Shown here: piece by piece, positions 38,500 through 48,793 of the stretch
How the letters are laid out: each line of letters opens with the position of its first letter
How positions within the stretch are numbered: the first letter of the stretch is position 1
Assembly: GCA_022571215.1 (NCBI GenBank)
Contig: JACZYG010000015.1
Coordinates: forward strand, 63-64,062
Direction of reading: 5' to 3'
DNA: 64,000 nucleotides
Origin: Fidelibacterota bacterium
GTDB taxonomy: Bacteria > Fidelibacterota > SORT01
Made by a program: the position numbers and the translations under genes
Notes under the pieces: generated by a model
Seen by the model: the letters and a program-made list of their open reading frames with translations, nothing else
What the model was told of the DNA's origin: nothing
The model's database searches: none

Positions 38500-41400
38500 A
38501 TGAAGAGAGTTATTCGATTTTTTGCCGAACGCCATCTACTTGCCAATTTACTGATAGTTGTTATTCTAATAATTGGTTTAGGTTCTGCCCGAACCATCAA
38601 AAGAAATATGTTCCCATCCGTGGACTTTGGTCAGTTGATGATCACGACCCGCTATCCCGGCGCCTCACCGGAAGATGTTGAACTCAATGTAACGAATCCG
38701 CTTGAAAAGGAACTCAGCAGTGTCGACGGAATAGACCTGATGACATCGTATTCTATGGAGAATATATCAGTGATCAGCATAAACATTGATACTGATGTAG
38801 ATGATAGCGAAAAAGTTAAAAGAGATATCAGAGATGCCGTTAACAGGGTTACGAAATTCCCCCCGGAGGTAACCGAATCACCATATATATTCGAGATTAC
38901 AACTGATAATATAGAAATTATCTGGATCGGAGTTGCCGGTGAAGTGCCTTACCCGGAACTGAGAGAATACGCCAAAGGGTTCAGGAAAAAACTTGAAAAC
39001 GTCAATGGTGTATCTCGTGTTGATGAAAAAGGGCTTCATGACCGCGAGATAAAAGTTGAGGTCTCAACCGCGGCGATTGAGGCATATCAAATTCCACTCA
39101 AAGATTTTGTATCTGCTATCCAAGGACGAAACGTACGCGCTACGGGTGGGTCGTTTGAATCATACACAAGCGATAAGAATATCGTCACGTTGGCTCAATT
39201 CAGAACACCCGAAGAGGTAGGCGAGGTTATAGTCCGTTCAACATTTGAGGGCCCGCATATCACGGTCAACGATCTCGCGACAATTTATGACGGCTTCGAA
39301 CCTGAAAAAGTGCGATTCAGAATGAACGGTAAACAGGCTATCGGATTCACCGTTTTCAAAAAAGGGAATTCCGATATCATCCGTGTAACAGATTCAATAT
39401 TGCAATTGATGGAAGACGAAAGAGATAAAGTTCCTCAGGGAATCGAGCTGCTTCACGCGTCTGAAAAATCACGATTTGTAAAGAACAGACTTAGTATTCT
39501 CGCTAATAACGGAATTATAGGTCTGATATTGGTCAGCGTTGTACTTGTGTTATTCCTTAATTTCACCACCGCTTTCTGGGTAGCGATGGGAATACCACTT
39601 GCCATGTTGAGCGTACTCTTTTTAGCGCCATTTTTTGATGTAACTATTGAACTTATATCGCTGATGGGAATGGTCATAGTCATCGGACTGATAGTGGATG
39701 ATGCCATCGTCATCGCTGAAAACATACACCGGCACCGTGAAAAGGGTAAATCGGCTCTCGATTCGGCAGTTGACGGGGTCTACGGAGTCATTAAACCTGT
39801 CTTTGCTACTATCATCACAACAGCGCTTGCATTCGGAACAATGTTTTTTATGTCAGGTATAATGGGCAAATTTATCGTTTCCATCCCCATCGTTATCATA
39901 CTCGCTTTAGGAGTTTCATTCTTTGAATCACTCATTATTCTTCCATCCCACATTATGAAAGGGATGGAAAAAAGGGAGAAGAAACGGTTGGCGAAGACAG
40001 GCTCAGCTGATAATCCCAATCTTAAAAATGACTGGTTTCACAGGGTAAGAGATAAGTTTCAGCGGTTAATGGCGGCTATACTGTCTTACAGGTACGTCAT
40101 TTTCTTAGTGTTTATAGTTATGTTGATCGGGGCGGTCAGTTTTGCATATCTGCATATGCAATTTATCTTGTTTCCGGGCAATACCGCCGAAAACTTCTTC
40201 ATCACGGTTGAGCTCCCTACAGGTTCCTCTCTCGATGCGACTGAAGACAAGATAAAAGAGATAGAAGCTGTCTTACAAGCTCTGCCTGAAGATGAAATAC
40301 AGTCGCATATGGCAATTCTCGGAAGTCTCGGAGGCGGCGGATTCTTTACACCGGGTGAAAGCGAAAACTGGGCATTCATAATCGTAACGTTGACTCCTTA
40401 TAACGAGCGAAAAAGAAATGCCAACATGATAGTGGCGGATCTTAGGGAGCAGACAGACAAATTAGAAGGTTTCGATGCCGTAAGATATAGGGTAGACGCA
40501 GGAGGTCCTCCCGTCGGTCGCCCGATCGCCATTCGTGTAATTGGCGCAGACAATGATATGAGAACTTCGCTCGCCGATTCTGTGACCGCATATTTAGCGA
40601 GCATCAAAGGCGTTACGGATATTGACAGAGACGATAAACTCGGTAAAGAGCAAGTAGAGATAAAGATTAACTATCAAAGGCTTTCGGAATTAGGACTCAC
40701 AGTTGCCGATATAGCCCAGAACGTCCGGCTCGCATACGACGGACAGGTCGTTACGAGAGTTCGATACGGTGACGAAGATGTCGGTTTCCGCGTCATCCTC
40801 GAAGAATCTACCCGCAACAGACCTGATTACCTTAGCGAGCTGAAGATCCCCAACAGGCGCGGCAGATTGATTCAACTGAAAGAAGTGGCGCAATTTGAAA
40901 TTGGACCGGGTCCCTCCCGTTATTTTCATTACGAGGAGGAACGCACTGTCACTATCACCGCAGACATCGCTTTGGGTGATTTAACACCTCTTCAGGCAAC
41001 TCAAAAAGCCGTCGACCATTTTGATCTCACTACAGACTGGCCCGGTATGCGGTTCGTAATCGGCGGAGAAGCCGAAAAGACACAGGAATCAATCGTCAGT
41101 CTCGGCATTACCATGTTGACGGCTGTGATTGGAATTTACTTTGTTCTGATACTGCTCTTTAACTCCGTGACACAGCCGTTATTAGTTATCATAGCAATCC
41201 CGTTCGGACTCATCGGAGTCATCGCCGCATTCGCAATGCACGGAGAACCGTTAGGCTTCCTGGCAATAATGGGAGTCATCGGTCTTATGGGCGTTGTCGT
41301 GAACGATTCGCTTATACTTGTAAACTATATCAACGTCCATCGTGAATCCGAGCCGGATAAGAACGTCAAGCGGATAGTCGCCGAAGGCACCGCTACGCGC

Positions 41401-41628
41401 TTGCGTCCGATAATTCTTACATCAATAACGACCATCGCGGGTATTCTTCCGCTTGCTTACGGACTTGGCGGTTCTGATCCATTCCTGGCTCCGATGGCAT
41501 TGGCGCTCGGATACGGCATACTTTTCGCAACACCACTTACTCTTCTGCTCCTTCCCTGTCTCTATATGATATTGGACGATATAGGCAGAGGATTCCGGTT
41601 TATGAATAGGCTTGTTTTTAGAGGGTAG
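38500..41628 (+). CDS. RND efflux transporter permease (AcrB/HAE1-like)
   Basis: 1042 aa, 12-TM topology with two large periplasmic loops; conserved TM4 motif GLIVDDAIVIAENI. Confidence 0.9.
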   Translation: MKRVIRFFAERHLLANLLIVVILIIGLGSARTIKRNMFPSVDFGQLMITTRYPGASPEDVELNVTNPLEKELSSVDGIDLMTSYSMENISVISINIDTDVDDSEKVKRDIRDAVNRVTKFPPEVTESPYIFEITTDNIEIIWIGVAGEVPYPELREYAKGFRKKLENVNGVSRVDEKGLHDREIKVEVSTAAIEAYQIPLKDFVSAIQGRNVRATGGSFESYTSDKNIVTLAQFRTPEEVGEVIVRSTFEGPHITVNDLATIYDGFEPEKVRFRMNGKQAIGFTVFKKGNSDIIRVTDSILQLMEDERDKVPQGIELLHASEKSRFVKNRLSILANNGIIGLILVSVVLVLFLNFTTAFWVAMGIPLAMLSVLFLAPFFDVTIELISLMGMVIVIGLIVDDAIVIAENIHRHREKGKSALDSAVDGVYGVIKPVFATIITTALAFGTMFFMSGIMGKFIVSIPIVIILALGVSFFESLIILPSHIMKGMEKREKKRLAKTGSADNPNLKNDWFHRVRDKFQRLMAAILSYRYVIFLVFIVMLIGAVSFAYLHMQFILFPGNTAENFFITVELPTGSSLDATEDKIKEIEAVLQALPEDEIQSHMAILGSLGGGGFFTPGESENWAFIIVTLTPYNERKRNANMIVADLREQTDKLEGFDAVRYRVDAGGPPVGRPIAIRVIGADNDMRTSLADSVTAYLASIKGVTDIDRDDKLGKEQVEIKINYQRLSELGLTVADIAQNVRLAYDGQVVTRVRYGDEDVGFRVILEESTRNRPDYLSELKIPNRRGRLIQLKEVAQFEIGPGPSRYFHYEEERTVTITADIALGDLTPLQATQKAVDHFDLTTDWPGMRFVIGGEAEKTQESIVSLGITMLTAVIGIYFVLILLFNSVTQPLLVIIAIPFGLIGVIAAFAMHGEPLGFLAIMGVIGLMGVVVNDSLILVNYINVHRESEPDKNVKRIVAEGTATRLRPIILTSITTIAGILPLAYGLGGSDPFLAPMALALGYGILFATPLTLLLLPCLYMILDDIGRGFRFMNRLVFRG

Positions 41629-41634
41629 AGATTC

Positions 41635-41736
41635 TGTCATTGCGAGGAGTCGAAGACGACGCGGCAATCTCAATGCTATCGGTATCACAATTACGAGATT
41701 GCTTCTCCCGATAAATCGGGATCGCAAAGACGATAG
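41635..41736. repeat. MITE-like element, GTCATTGCGAGG family
   Basis: tgtcattgcgaggag...gcggcaatctca...gagattgc...atcgcaaagacgatag. Confidence 0.6.
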
Positions 41737-41903
41737 TTCGTGCGAGTTAGGATTTCAAAACCACGCCATCTGCTGTGGTTCTGACTGCCACAGAATCCTG
41801 ACCAGCACGGTTTTCCTCCCCCTTTGAAGGGGGTGCTCCGAAGGAGCGGGCCTGCCCGACTAATGTCAGGCGGGGGATGTTATTGTTCGGTATCGACAAT
41901 TTT

Positions 41904-41956
41904 GGAGTGCTTTGACTGTGTCAATGCAGCATCAACTCAGTTGATGCACTCCATAC
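41904..41956. repeat. 53-bp nested-palindrome element, copy 3
   Basis: ggagtgctttgactgtgtcaatgcagcatcaactcagttgatgcactccatac. Confidence 0.8.
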
Positions 41957-41981
41957 AATCCTGACTCGCACGCACCCTCCA

Positions 41982-43244
41982 TCAAACCTCCGGGCCGCTC
42001 TCCCTCTTGATGTCGGCGCCGATACCGCGTAATTTATTCTCCATATCCTCATATCCTCTATCCAGATGATAGACGCGATGAAGTTCCGTTCGCCCTTCAG
42101 CCATCAGCCCGGCGATCACCATGCTGGCGCTCGCCCTGATATCCGTTGACATGATAGGCGCTCCCTTCAACTTTTCAACGCCGTTGACGACAGCGGAATT
42201 CCCTTTAAGCTTCACGTCAATACCGAGCCTCACCAGTTCAGCCACATGAGTAAAACGGTCTTCGTAAACAGTGTCCGTAACTACGCTTTTGCCTTTTGCC
42301 GTAGCCATCAACGCAATCCATTGCGCTTGCATATCTGTCGGATAACCGGGATAGATGTCGGTTCTGACGTCCGTGGCTTTGAGCCGACCGCCGGAAGTGA
42401 TTCTGATGCTCTTCTCATTCACTTCTAAATTAACACCCGCTTCCGTCATCTTGTCCGTCACCGCCGTCAGATGATTCGGGTCAAGACCGTCAACCAGGAC
42501 GTCGCCGCCGACAGCCGCAGCCGTGAGCAGATATGTGCCCGCTTCTATCCTGTCGGGAATCACTTCAAACTCGACCGGACGGAGTTCGCTGACACCGTTG
42601 ATACGCAGGACGTTCGTCTCTCTTCCCTTGATATCCGCTCCCATTTTATTCAGAAAATCGATCAGACAGACTATCTCCGGCTCACGGGCGGCGTTTTCTA
42701 TCACCGTCTCCCCGTCAGCCAATACAGACGCCATCAGAAGATTCCCTGTCGCTCCTACGCTTGAAATATCGAGATGAAGCAACGCTCCTTTCAGCCCGTC
42801 CGTTTCTATATTGATGTAGCCTTCTTCGAGCGTGACATTACCCCCTAATTTTTCTATACCTTTGAGATGGAGGTCAACGGGTCTCGGTCCCCAGGCGCAT
42901 CCGCCGGGAAGGCTTATCCTCGCTTTTCCGAAGCGCGCGGTAAGCGGTCCGAGCGCATAAAAGGATGCTCTCATGGTTTTAACCAGTTCGTACGGAGCTT
43001 CGGGATTGTCCGCCTTCGTTGCGTCTATCTCCATCACGCCGTTCTCGAAAACCACATCAGCGCCGATTATCCTGAGCAATTTCGCCATCGTCCGCGTATC
43101 ACGAAGGTTCGGAACGTTACGAATCACGTTCTTCCCCTTAACGAGAATAGAAGCTGCCATCAGAGGCAGACACGCATTTTTCGCCCCGCTGACATTGATA
43201 GAGCCGTTCAGCTCCTTCCCGCCGTGAATTACGAATTTATCCAT
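41982..43244 (-). CDS. murA: UDP-N-acetylglucosamine 1-carboxyvinyltransferase
   Basis: MDKFVIHGGKELNGSINVSGAKNA...; 420 aa EPT family. Confidence 0.9.
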   Translation of the reverse strand: MDKFVIHGGKELNGSINVSGAKNACLPLMAASILVKGKNVIRNVPNLRDTRTMAKLLRIIGADVVFENGVMEIDATKADNPEAPYELVKTMRASFYALGPLTARFGKARISLPGGCAWGPRPVDLHLKGIEKLGGNVTLEEGYINIETDGLKGALLHLDISSVGATGNLLMASVLADGETVIENAAREPEIVCLIDFLNKMGADIKGRETNVLRINGVSELRPVEFEVIPDRIEAGTYLLTAAAVGGDVLVDGLDPNHLTAVTDKMTEAGVNLEVNEKSIRITSGGRLKATDVRTDIYPGYPTDMQAQWIALMATAKGKSVVTDTVYEDRFTHVAELVRLGIDVKLKGNSAVVNGVEKLKGAPIMSTDIRASASMVIAGLMAEGRTELHRVYHLDRGYEDMENKLRGIGADIKRESGPEV

Positions 43245-43256
43245 TGGCTCCGGCTC

Positions 43257-44936
43257 TCAACTTATCATCTCTTCCGCCTGTTTCCGGGCGGCAGCTGTAA
43301 TCTCGCTTCCCGCCAACAGCGTGGCGACCGCTTCCTTTCGCTGCCCCTCGTCCAACTCCCGGACGGTCGCGAATGTTCTTCCCTTTTTAACGTGTTTTTC
43401 CACTAAATAATGGTTATCAGCCTTGCCCGCTATCTGAGGAAGATGGGTAATGCAAATCAATTGGTGGTACTTCGACAGCTCCTTCAGCCTGTTGCCGACA
43501 GCCTCCGCCACCCTTCCCGATATCCCTATATCTATTTCATCGAAAATGAGAACGGGTATTTTATCCTTGTCGGCGAGTATCGCTTTTATGGCGAGCATTA
43601 TTCGCGATATTTCCCCGCCTGAGGCTACTTTGGATAAAGGCTTCAAGTCCTCGCCCGGATTGGTAGAGATCAGAAATTCCATGTTGTCCATACCCTGCTC
43701 GTTGACCAGAAAACTCTTTCCGGCAGCCTCGACCCATCCTTTCTCGTCTTCGCTATAACTGTTTTTCACTCTGAAACGGGAATTCTCAATGCCGAGTCCC
43801 TTCATAGACTCCACAATAGCGGAAGAGAGCTGCTTCGACGCTTTGGCTCTTCTCGTGGAAAGATTTAGACACAGACCGGAAAGTTCACTCTTTAACTGTC
43901 TGAACGTCTCTTCCGCTTCTTTGGATTCTTCCCCCACGCTTTCTATGGATTCGTACTCGCTGCGCGTCTTTTCATATTCCAACAGCATAGAGGCTTCGTT
44001 GCCGCCGTATTTCCGCGCGAGCGATATAAGAGCGCTCAGCCTTTCCCGCGCCTGCTCAAGCCGGGCGGGGTCAAGGTCTACTCTGTCCGCATAATTCGTG
44101 AAAAAACCCGCTATCTCTTTCAATGTGATTGACGCATTCGCGGCTTCTTTGGACTGCTCATTCAAACTATCGTCAATCCGCGAAAGCTCCTGAATTTCAC
44201 CCCTTACGGATTCTATCTGCTCGTACAGCGAACGGTCCTTTTCATAAAGAATCTCGGCTAACTCCCTGCTCTTGCTCACGAGAGTCTCGCCGTGCTCGAG
44301 CAGTCTTACCTCCTCCTCCAAGGCGTCCGTTTCACCCTCTTGAGGAGCTGCTTCGTTGAACTCCTTCATCTTGAATTCCAACAGCTCCCGTTTTTCCTCT
44401 ATCAGACGTTTCCGCTCCAGGAGCAGGTCAAGAGCGGCTTTCGCCGATTTCGTCTCAAGATATTTGAACTTCATTTTGCCTGCGAGTTCATTGAGTTCCC
44501 CGCTCGCATCTACAAACTCAACATGGCGTTTTGAGTCCAACAGCGATTGATGCTCATGCTGTCCGTGAAGGTCTATCAGATGCTTTGAAATTGCCTGAAC
44601 AGTTCCCGCGGTGATGCTCTTTCCGTTCAGACTCGATTTGGACCCGCCTGCCGCATTTACGATTCGCGAGAGATAGAGTTTCTTACCGTTCAGCTCCATA
44701 TCCAGGTCAGCTGCCAGTCCGGAAGAGAGGCTGAACTCGGCTGTGACGCTTGACTCTCCGGCGCCTTTACGCACAACATCCGTGCTTGCCCGTTTTCCGA
44801 GCAGAACGTTGATGGCGTTGATGAGCATGGATTTTCCGGAGCCTGTCTCACCCGTGATGACGTTCAAACCCGAGCCGAATTCTATATCAGCGGACTCGAA
44901 GAGCTGGAAATCTTTTATCTTCAGCCGTTTGAGCAT
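43257..44936 (-). CDS. recN: DNA repair protein RecN
   Basis: N-terminal Walker A GETGSGKS, long coiled coil, C-terminal signature/Walker B; 559 aa. Confidence 0.9.
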   Translation of the reverse strand: MLKRLKIKDFQLFESADIEFGSGLNVITGETGSGKSMLINAINVLLGKRASTDVVRKGAGESSVTAEFSLSSGLAADLDMELNGKKLYLSRIVNAAGGSKSSLNGKSITAGTVQAISKHLIDLHGQHEHQSLLDSKRHVEFVDASGELNELAGKMKFKYLETKSAKAALDLLLERKRLIEEKRELLEFKMKEFNEAAPQEGETDALEEEVRLLEHGETLVSKSRELAEILYEKDRSLYEQIESVRGEIQELSRIDDSLNEQSKEAANASITLKEIAGFFTNYADRVDLDPARLEQARERLSALISLARKYGGNEASMLLEYEKTRSEYESIESVGEESKEAEETFRQLKSELSGLCLNLSTRRAKASKQLSSAIVESMKGLGIENSRFRVKNSYSEDEKGWVEAAGKSFLVNEQGMDNMEFLISTNPGEDLKPLSKVASGGEISRIMLAIKAILADKDKIPVLIFDEIDIGISGRVAEAVGNRLKELSKYHQLICITHLPQIAGKADNHYLVEKHVKKGRTFATVRELDEGQRKEAVATLLAGSEITAAARKQAEEMIS

Positions 44937-45323
44937 CTAACTCTTATCTCTGAGGTATTTTTCATAATAAATCGCTAAAATAAATATCCCGATCGTTACC
45001 CCGGAGAGGTCAGCGAGAACATCGAACCAGCTCGAATACCGTCCCGGAATCAGGCTTTGATAAAGCTCGTCCACTATGGGAAATACGATCCCGATTCTCA
45101 ATGTATAGGGAATCCACTTCATTCGCAACCGTCTCTTATCGGAAGTTATGTAAGACATTCCGACGAGCAGTATGAATATAAAATATTCTATCGTATGGTA
45201 GACCTTATCCCATGAGAAAAACATCCTTTGAGGCATATAATCCGCCGGAATACTTGACAATGCCAAGATTAATACTGCAAACGCCGCGCTTAATTTTTGG
45301 TAGTTATATTTTTCTATGTTCAT
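44937..45323 (-). CDS. VanZ-like family membrane protein
   Basis: 128 aa, 3-4 TM segments; DKxxH...DExxQ...PGR.S...DVxADxxG pattern. Confidence 0.55.
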   Translation of the reverse strand: MNIEKYNYQKLSAAFAVLILALSSIPADYMPQRMFFSWDKVYHTIEYFIFILLVGMSYITSDKRRLRMKWIPYTLRIGIVFPIVDELYQSLIPGRYSSWFDVLADLSGVTIGIFILAIYYEKYLRDKS

Positions 45324-46858
45324 TTCAGACTCTCATACATTTCAGGAAAGTGACTTATCAAATCAGAGGCTTTCATCGCCCTCTCTCCCATTTTATTTGA
45401 CGCAATATCTCCCGCGAGACCGTGAAGGTAACTCCCCGCGTACGCGGCATCCTTGGGAGAGATGCCTTGTGACATAAGCGAGCCTATCATTCCCGTCAAG
45501 ACATCGCCGGAACCCGCGGTAGCCAATCCCGGATTGCCCGTGCTGTTTATGTAAACATTACCGTCCGGGTCGGCGGTGACGGTCGGCGCGCCTTTCAAGA
45601 CGATATTTATTCCGTATTTAATCGCCGTCTCTCTTGCGATTGAGACGGGATCCTTTTTTATCATCTCAATGTCGCAATCAAACAGATTTGCGAATTCAGC
45701 CCAATGCGGGGTCAATACCGCCGCAGTTCCGAGATGAGCGAGAAGAGAGGTCCGGTCATGAAAAGCTGCAAGCGCATCCGCGTCTATCACCATCGGTATA
45801 CGCGTCGCTTCCGCTATCCTGATTATAAATTCGGCTGTTTTCGGATTGCCACCCATGCCCGGTCCTATCAGCATCACATCAGCCCATTCATAAAAATCGA
45901 GAAGTTGAGCGCTTGACTCAGCGGTGAAATAACCCTTAGAATCGTCCTTCAAGGGAAGCGTCATCTCCTCGGTAAGTTTAATTTCAAAGATCGGATTGAG
46001 GCTTGCGGGCACGGCTGTTATCACCAACCCGCTACCCATGGAAAGAGCGGCTCGGCTTGAAAGCACAATCGCCCCCGTCATTCCCCGCGAACCGCCTACC
46101 GCCAGCACCTTGCCTCTTTTATGCTTATAACTGTCCTTCGGTAGATCGGGAATCAACTTTCTGATGTCGGCAACTTCGGGAATAAAACTGTTTATCGCGT
46201 CATCTTCCATCGCCGAAGCGGGAAATCCGATATGGGCTACCCTGACCTCGCCGCAAAGTTCTCTGCCGGGAGAGAAGCGCTGTCCCATTTTCGGCAATCC
46301 CATCGTAATGGTGGCATCCGCTTTTACATAATCCTCGCCCACCGACCCGTTGTCTGAGCTGACTCCCGTAGGCATGTCTACGGCTAACACCTTTGCGGAT
46401 AAATTCGCGAATTGCTTGACCACGGATTTGGCAGGCTCCCTCAACGCGCCTGAACTCCCCGTGCCAAGTATGGCGTCAACGACTATATCAAAAGAATCCA
46501 GCGCCATCTCTTCCGGTTTTGTGACGAATTCCACCGTCTCGGGCTGGGTTTTCAGCAGTATCTCGAGATTGGCGAGAGCGTCTCCTTTCATTGCTTCCTT
46601 CTTGCTGATAAGAAAAACCTTGTTTGATATTCCGGTCGCCGTAAGATGTCTTGCCGCTACAAGAGCATCGCCCCCGTTGTTCCCTTTTCCGCAAACAAGG
46701 GCGACGTTCGGGTTATCCAATCCGTTCGTCAGATCCCTCACAGCCTCGGCGATCTTAAGACCCGCCGCTTCCATCAAGGCGGTTATGGTGATTTTCTGCG
46801 ACTCGATAGAACGCCGTTCTACGATCATCATCTGCTCAGAATTGACTACCGGTATCAA
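45320..46858 (-). CDS. nnr: bifunctional NAD(P)H-hydrate epimerase / ADP-dependent dehydratase (YjeF N and C domains)
   Basis: N-terminal domain GKGNNGGDALVAARHL; C-terminal carbohydrate-kinase-like GSGDVLTG. Confidence 0.85.
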   Translation of the reverse strand: MIPVVNSEQMMIVERRSIESQKITITALMEAAGLKIAEAVRDLTNGLDNPNVALVCGKGNNGGDALVAARHLTATGISNKVFLISKKEAMKGDALANLEILLKTQPETVEFVTKPEEMALDSFDIVVDAILGTGSSGALREPAKSVVKQFANLSAKVLAVDMPTGVSSDNGSVGEDYVKADATITMGLPKMGQRFSPGRELCGEVRVAHIGFPASAMEDDAINSFIPEVADIRKLIPDLPKDSYKHKRGKVLAVGGSRGMTGAIVLSSRAALSMGSGLVITAVPASLNPIFEIKLTEEMTLPLKDDSKGYFTAESSAQLLDFYEWADVMLIGPGMGGNPKTAEFIIRIAEATRIPMVIDADALAAFHDRTSLLAHLGTAAVLTPHWAEFANLFDCDIEMIKKDPVSIARETAIKYGINIVLKGAPTVTADPDGNVYINSTGNPGLATAGSGDVLTGMIGSLMSQGISPKDAAYAGSYLHGLAGDIASNKMGERAMKASDLISHFPEMYESLK

Positions 46859-46865
46859 CAGCTTC

Positions 46866-47231
46866 TCAATCCGTCAGCAGCGCTATCGCTATTGCTGATC
46901 TGTTGGAATGAGAAAGGCTCACCGAAAGCTTGGAGCCGCTGAAAAGATTTTCAGCCTCACCGTGAAGAACGACCGTAGGAGCGCCGTTGCCGTCCGATAT
47001 TATCTCAACGTCCGTCCACTTCAAGAAAACCGGTTTGTGCGATTTCAAGGCTTTGGCGACGGCTTCCTTTGCGGCGAAACGCGCCGCGTAATGCTGAACG
47101 GGATTGGAGCGAGCCTCACAAAACTCTACTTCCGAAGCTAGGAATACCAAGTTTCTGAACCTGTTCTCCCATCGCGACAGCGCCGCTCCGATTCGGTCTA
47201 TCTCGATAATATCAATGCCGACTTCCGTCAA
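46866..47231 (-). CDS. acpS: holo-[acyl-carrier-protein] synthase
   Basis: GIDIIEIDRI...; 121 aa 4-PPTase. Confidence 0.8.
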   Translation of the reverse strand: MTEVGIDIIEIDRIGAALSRWENRFRNLVFLASEVEFCEARSNPVQHYAARFAAKEAVAKALKSHKPVFLKWTDVEIISDGNGAPTVVLHGEAENLFSGSKLSVSLSHSNRSAIAIALLTD

Positions 47232-47914
47232 CTCTCGTTTTCCCTGTCGATAATATCGAGTATCTCGTTAAAATCGTCTATCACATAATCAGCGCCGGAA
47301 TCTACTGTGTCGAACGAATCGCCATAGCGGGCAAAGACCGATTTCATTCCCACAGCTGCCGCTCCGACCATATCGCGCTCGGGCCAGTCACCAATCATCA
47401 AGGCCTCATCAGCGCTGACCTGAAGACGTCTTAGTATCTCTTTGAACGGTTCGGGGGCAGGTTTTAATTTTCCCGTGTCAGTTGAAGTGACCACCTCATC
47501 GAATACATTGTGAAGATTAAGATAACACAGACGAAGCCATGCCTCGCGGCTTGGAGCATCCGTTACTATGCCGAGTTTCAGACCTCTTTTCGCGAGTTTA
47601 AAGAGAGTGGATGTCACCTGCGGATAAGGGACGAGCGATACTTCCTTCGCTCTTCGGTACCCGACTATCCCTGATGCGAGGAATTTATAATCAAGAATAC
47701 CGTTATTAGTCTCGAGTATAAAATCGTTGAACACCTCTTGATACTCCCAGCCTTTTTCCTCGTATATTTCCATAATTCGCTTCTGGGCTTCTTCTTTGTC
47801 GAATATCATTCCTGCCTCCGCCATCGAAGACAAACCCGAGTCAATCGCGTTCCTCTTCAGCCGGACGAAGTCTATAATTGTATTATCGAGGTCTAATATT
47901 AAGGCGCGTATCAT
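47228..47914 (-). CDS. HAD-superfamily hydrolase
   Basis: Motif I LILDLDNTIID; motifs III/IV K...GDxxxD. Confidence 0.75.
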   Translation of the reverse strand: MIRALILDLDNTIIDFVRLKRNAIDSGLSSMAEAGMIFDKEEAQKRIMEIYEEKGWEYQEVFNDFILETNNGILDYKFLASGIVGYRRAKEVSLVPYPQVTSTLFKLAKRGLKLGIVTDAPSREAWLRLCYLNLHNVFDEVVTSTDTGKLKPAPEPFKEILRRLQVSADEALMIGDWPERDMVGAAAVGMKSVFARYGDSFDTVDSGADYVIDDFNEILDIIDRENES

Positions 47915-48116
47915 CTATTCTACTGAGTTTATAATAATATACAACTTTGAAAATTAACTTCAACTTGTGGATTATTCAAGTGCAAAGTGCGTGAACGCAT
48001 AGTTTCTTTTACGCTATTGAGGAGGAGTTCTGTTCCCCTCTCCTTTTTAAGGAGGCGAAGTATCGAAGAGGCGGGCAGAGTCCCGCCCTAAACCGGTGTA
48101 GTTGATCATCGAATAA

Positions 48117-48370
48117 AACCGTTAAAACGGTTTCAGAAAGGGCCTTGCAACTTCATGTCCCCCGATTAAAATCGGGGGTTAATCCCGCCCCGGCGAGATA
48201 AGCATAATAGATTCAACAACTTATTAACCCCTGGATTAATCCAGGGGATTTGATATAAATCATAGTAAATTAACCGTTTTAACGGTTTCTCTTAACAGTT
48301 CGTATCAGTAACCCCTGGATTTATACAGTGGTTATCGAGAGAGGTAAAATATTTTAACCATTTTAATGGT
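48117..48370. promoter_or_regulatory. array of AT-rich dyads (AACCGTT-NN-AACGGTT three times; CCCCTGGATT-AATCCAGGGG twice) upstream of the ECF sigma gene
   Basis: aaccgttaaaacggtt 48117-48132, cccccgattaaaatcggggg 48159-48178, cccctggattaatccagggg 48228-48247, aaccgttttaacggtt 48272-48287, aaccattttaatggtt 48355-48370. Confidence 0.45.
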
Positions 48371-48430
48371 TTTCATATTGAAATCAGGGAGGAGGAGACA
48401 CGACACACCCTCCCGATGGATCGGGATAAA

Positions 48431-48506
48431 CTTCCTCCGAAGGAGTTCCTTCGGAACACCCCTCTTAATATAGAGGGGAACTTTAATCCCATCTTCGATG
48501 GGATAT
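48431..48506. repeat. conserved double/triple hairpin element (tccgaagg...ccttcgga; cacccctcttaatatagagggg; atcccatcttcgatgggat)
   Basis: Its 3-prime 33 nt are identical to 22160-22192. Confidence 0.7.
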
Positions 48507-48793
48507 GTGCAGTCACAGGACTCCGAAGGAGTTTTTTGTGGCAGTCAGGACTTGTCCTGACGCCTTTAGAACGATACTATGCGGTCAGGATAAATCCTGA
48601 CTCGCACCCGCTCTCTTTGCGCATCCGCCTGCCGGCGGATGAAGCCTGTCCAACTGATGTCAGGCGTGGATTTCAGGCGGGTCGTGGTTTTTTCTACTCG
48701 TCCGTTTCCCTCGCTATCTTGACTCTTACTTGCTTTCAAGGTATCTTTGTTCGGTTTAAACGCAACATTTAGGACGCCTGACCGTATATTTAT

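Noticed and set aside
48416-48772. 118-aa ORF in the HAD/sigma intergenic region
   Set aside because: It translates straight through conserved repeat modules (the identical 33-mer at 48474-48506 gives the peptide NFNPIFDGI). There is no RBS and no coding periodicity, and similar spurious ORFs (22210-22407, 16413-16598, 8423-8632, 41612-41827) cover other repeat copies.
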